A DNA stretch of 61,867 nt, the filler included. It is 4 parts of 4 records of this genome, joined end to end, with 100 filler letters (N's around TTAATTAATTAA, not from the genome) between each part and the next. Parts side by side here need not be neighbours in the genome. Positions count along the whole stretch, not along the records: positions 51,969 to 61,867 come from DRR723986_12816; 3 more parts are not named here. One strand, written 5' to 3'. Positions 59,792-61,867 of the stretch are shown piece after piece. The notes beneath the pieces were generated by a model. The model was not told the DNA's origin, made no database searches, and saw nothing but the letters and a program-made list of their open reading frames with translations. Within the stretch, counting starts at the first letter, position 1. Each line of letters opens with the position of its first letter. The translations under genes were made by a program, and so were the position numbers.

Positions 59792-60522
59792 TGGCCCACG
59801 CAATTCAATGGTTCCGTTCACTGGTGTTTGTGATTGTCATCTACGCTTGGATGGCTGTCCTTGGTATTTTGTTCTTCCCCTATGCTTTGTTGACGAAACG
59901 CGGCGCCCTCAGCGCGTGTAAGCTTTATGCCCGGTCGGTGATCTGGATGGCTGGCTGGATGGTCGGCATCAAAGGTGAAGTGCGCGGCATCGTCCCCAAA
60001 GATGAGGTGATGATCGCGGCCAAGCATCAGTCCTTTTTCGATATTCTGCTGATCTTTAATGCCATTCCCCATGGTAAGTTCATCATGAAACGAGAGCTGC
60101 TGTGGACGCCCGTTATTGGTCTTTACGCCAAACGCCTTGGTTGTATTCCGGTGGATCGTGGCAGAAAGGGAACCGCGATTGCCAAAATGGTCAAAGACGT
60201 CGCGACTGAATTTTCAGAACCCGGGCAGTTGGTGATTTATCCGCAAGGCACGCGGGTCGCCCCGGGGGCCAAGAAACCCTACAAGGTTGGCAGCGCCATT
60301 TTGTATGATGGTTTGGGCATGCCCTGTGTCCCGGTTGCCGCGAACGTCGGCGTGTTCTGGCCCCGCACCGGCATTATGCGCAAGCCCGGGCGGGCTGTGG
60401 TCGAATTCCTTGACCCGATTGCCCCCGGGGTGCCCCGTGCAGACTTCATGGCCCAACTCGAAAGCGCGGTTGAAACCCAATCTGATCTGTTGATGAAAGA
60501 GGCGGGGTTTAATCCCAACTAA
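59791..60522 (+). CDS. plsC: 1-acyl-sn-glycerol-3-phosphate acyltransferase
   Basis: KHQSFFD and IYPQGTR motifs. Confidence 0.88.
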   Translation: MAHAIQWFRSLVFVIVIYAWMAVLGILFFPYALLTKRGALSACKLYARSVIWMAGWMVGIKGEVRGIVPKDEVMIAAKHQSFFDILLIFNAIPHGKFIMKRELLWTPVIGLYAKRLGCIPVDRGRKGTAIAKMVKDVATEFSEPGQLVIYPQGTRVAPGAKKPYKVGSAILYDGLGMPCVPVAANVGVFWPRTGIMRKPGRAVVEFLDPIAPGVPRADFMAQLESAVETQSDLLMKEAGFNPN

Positions 60523-60554
60523 CCCAACAAAACTAACAAACACGCAAGCTAACG

Positions 60555-61256
60555 CTATTCGTTCAGATCTGCATCTTTCCAATACTTTGTGCCAGTGGCG
60601 TTTGCATTCACGCGCCACCCTTTCTTGTCGAGCACAAAGAACGACCGGCCATCGATGAACTGAACGGCTTCGGTGGTGCGATCGTCCCCTGTCATCGCCC
60701 CAGCGTTGGCCGAAGCATCATAGCCATATTCGGTGAACGTATCAAAATCGGCTTGGGTTTCGAACATGATAACAAATTGGCTTTCAAACCCGCCAATCCC
60801 AAACGCGGCCCCAACGCCACCGGTACCCATCTGCATATAGGTTCGCGCGCCCGTCTCAGCGGAAATGGCGACACCACGACCATACCCAGCAGACAGCGGG
60901 AAAATGGTCAGGCTGCGGGTGTCAAAGGCAGCGTATCCCGCGCTGATGTCATAAATGTTGTTGGCGTCCGGGTTTTCCGCCCGCAGGCGCGATATAGCCC
61001 CATCGGCCATCGCATCCAGTTTGGCCCGCGTCGCCTCGGGGGTTTCTTCCTCGCGCAGCAGCTCGTTGGTGGATTTAATCGACTGGTCCACCGCATCCAC
61101 GCCCTTGCCAACGGCATCGCCCACATTGGTCGCCCCGCGTTCAGCGGCGCTGACAGCACTATCCGCACCGCGCTTCACCTTGTCGAGCAACCCCTCGGCA
61201 AGGGTTGGGCTGGCAAAACAAACGACCGACGTCAGCAGGATAAGGATGCGTTTCAA
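60555..61256 (-). CDS. Ysc84/SYLF-like exported protein
   Basis: Signal peptide from TTG 61256; GYGRGVA, YMQMGTGGVG...VIMFET, GTKYWKD. Confidence 0.65.
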   Translation of the reverse strand: MKRILILLTSVVCFASPTLAEGLLDKVKRGADSAVSAAERGATNVGDAVGKGVDAVDQSIKSTNELLREEETPEATRAKLDAMADGAISRLRAENPDANNIYDISAGYAAFDTRSLTIFPLSAGYGRGVAISAETGARTYMQMGTGGVGAAFGIGGFESQFVIMFETQADFDTFTEYGYDASANAGAMTGDDRTTEAVQFIDGRSFFVLDKKGWRVNANATGTKYWKDADLNE

Positions 61257-61373
61257 TTCTCTGGCTCCCAAAGGTGTAAACCGTGTCTTGCGCATTGATG
61301 AGGCACTGCATTGGCGCAGGGTATTCACCCCTAAAGTGCGAAGTCCCTGAACAAGTCATAGCAATCTTTGCAC

Positions 61374-61406
61374 AAAAAAGAAGAGGCGACCATTTGGCCG
61401 CCCCTC
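61374..61406 (-). terminator. Rho-independent terminator after lpdA
   Basis: GGGGCGGCC-aaat-GGTCGCCTC hairpin then TTCTTTTTT on the minus strand. Confidence 0.65.
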
Positions 61407-61431
61407 AGGAACCTGCAAATGCAAGAACGCT

Positions 61432-61867
<436 letters not shown>

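Overview
The window is an artificial concatenation of four unrelated contigs joined by N-TTAATTAATTAA-N linkers (23341-23440, 28699-28798, 51869-51968). Contig A (1-23340) is alphaproteobacterial housekeeping DNA, Hyphomonadaceae-like by inference: trkH, Leu/Phe/Val dehydrogenase, a DUF3604-parvulin-HupE/UreJ trio, a BVMO, fur, ycaQ/ogt, rimI-tsaB, NfuA and trpS. Contigs B (23441-28698) and D (51969-61867) look like Rhodobacteraceae core DNA: uvrB, a ScfR/PccR regulator and betA in B; argH, lysA, ftsEX, plsC and lpdA in D. Contig C (28799-51868, Planctomycetota-like by inference) is the accessory region. It opens with an integron cassette array of 9 attC sites and 8 complete cassettes. One cassette is a 220-bp ORF-less unit whose excised circle would fold into a dumbbell with a perfect 24-bp stem. 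Next come two recombinase remnants and glycosyltransferase genes, then a co-oriented defence block: XRE regulator, Lamassu/ABC-three-component lmuA-lmuC-lmuB, a candidate structured ncRNA, and a 1024-aa reverse transcriptase-nitrilase fusion (UG1/UG5/DRT1-like). A PEP-CTERM gene, radC, an ART-fold-like gene and an intact integron integrase follow, with a candidate attI at the very end of the contig. The best candidates for new biology are the RT-nitrilase with its upstream folded RNA next to Lamassu, the ORF-less dumbbell cassette, and the possibly circular integron-defence element. All calls come from reading motifs by eye; no searches were run.
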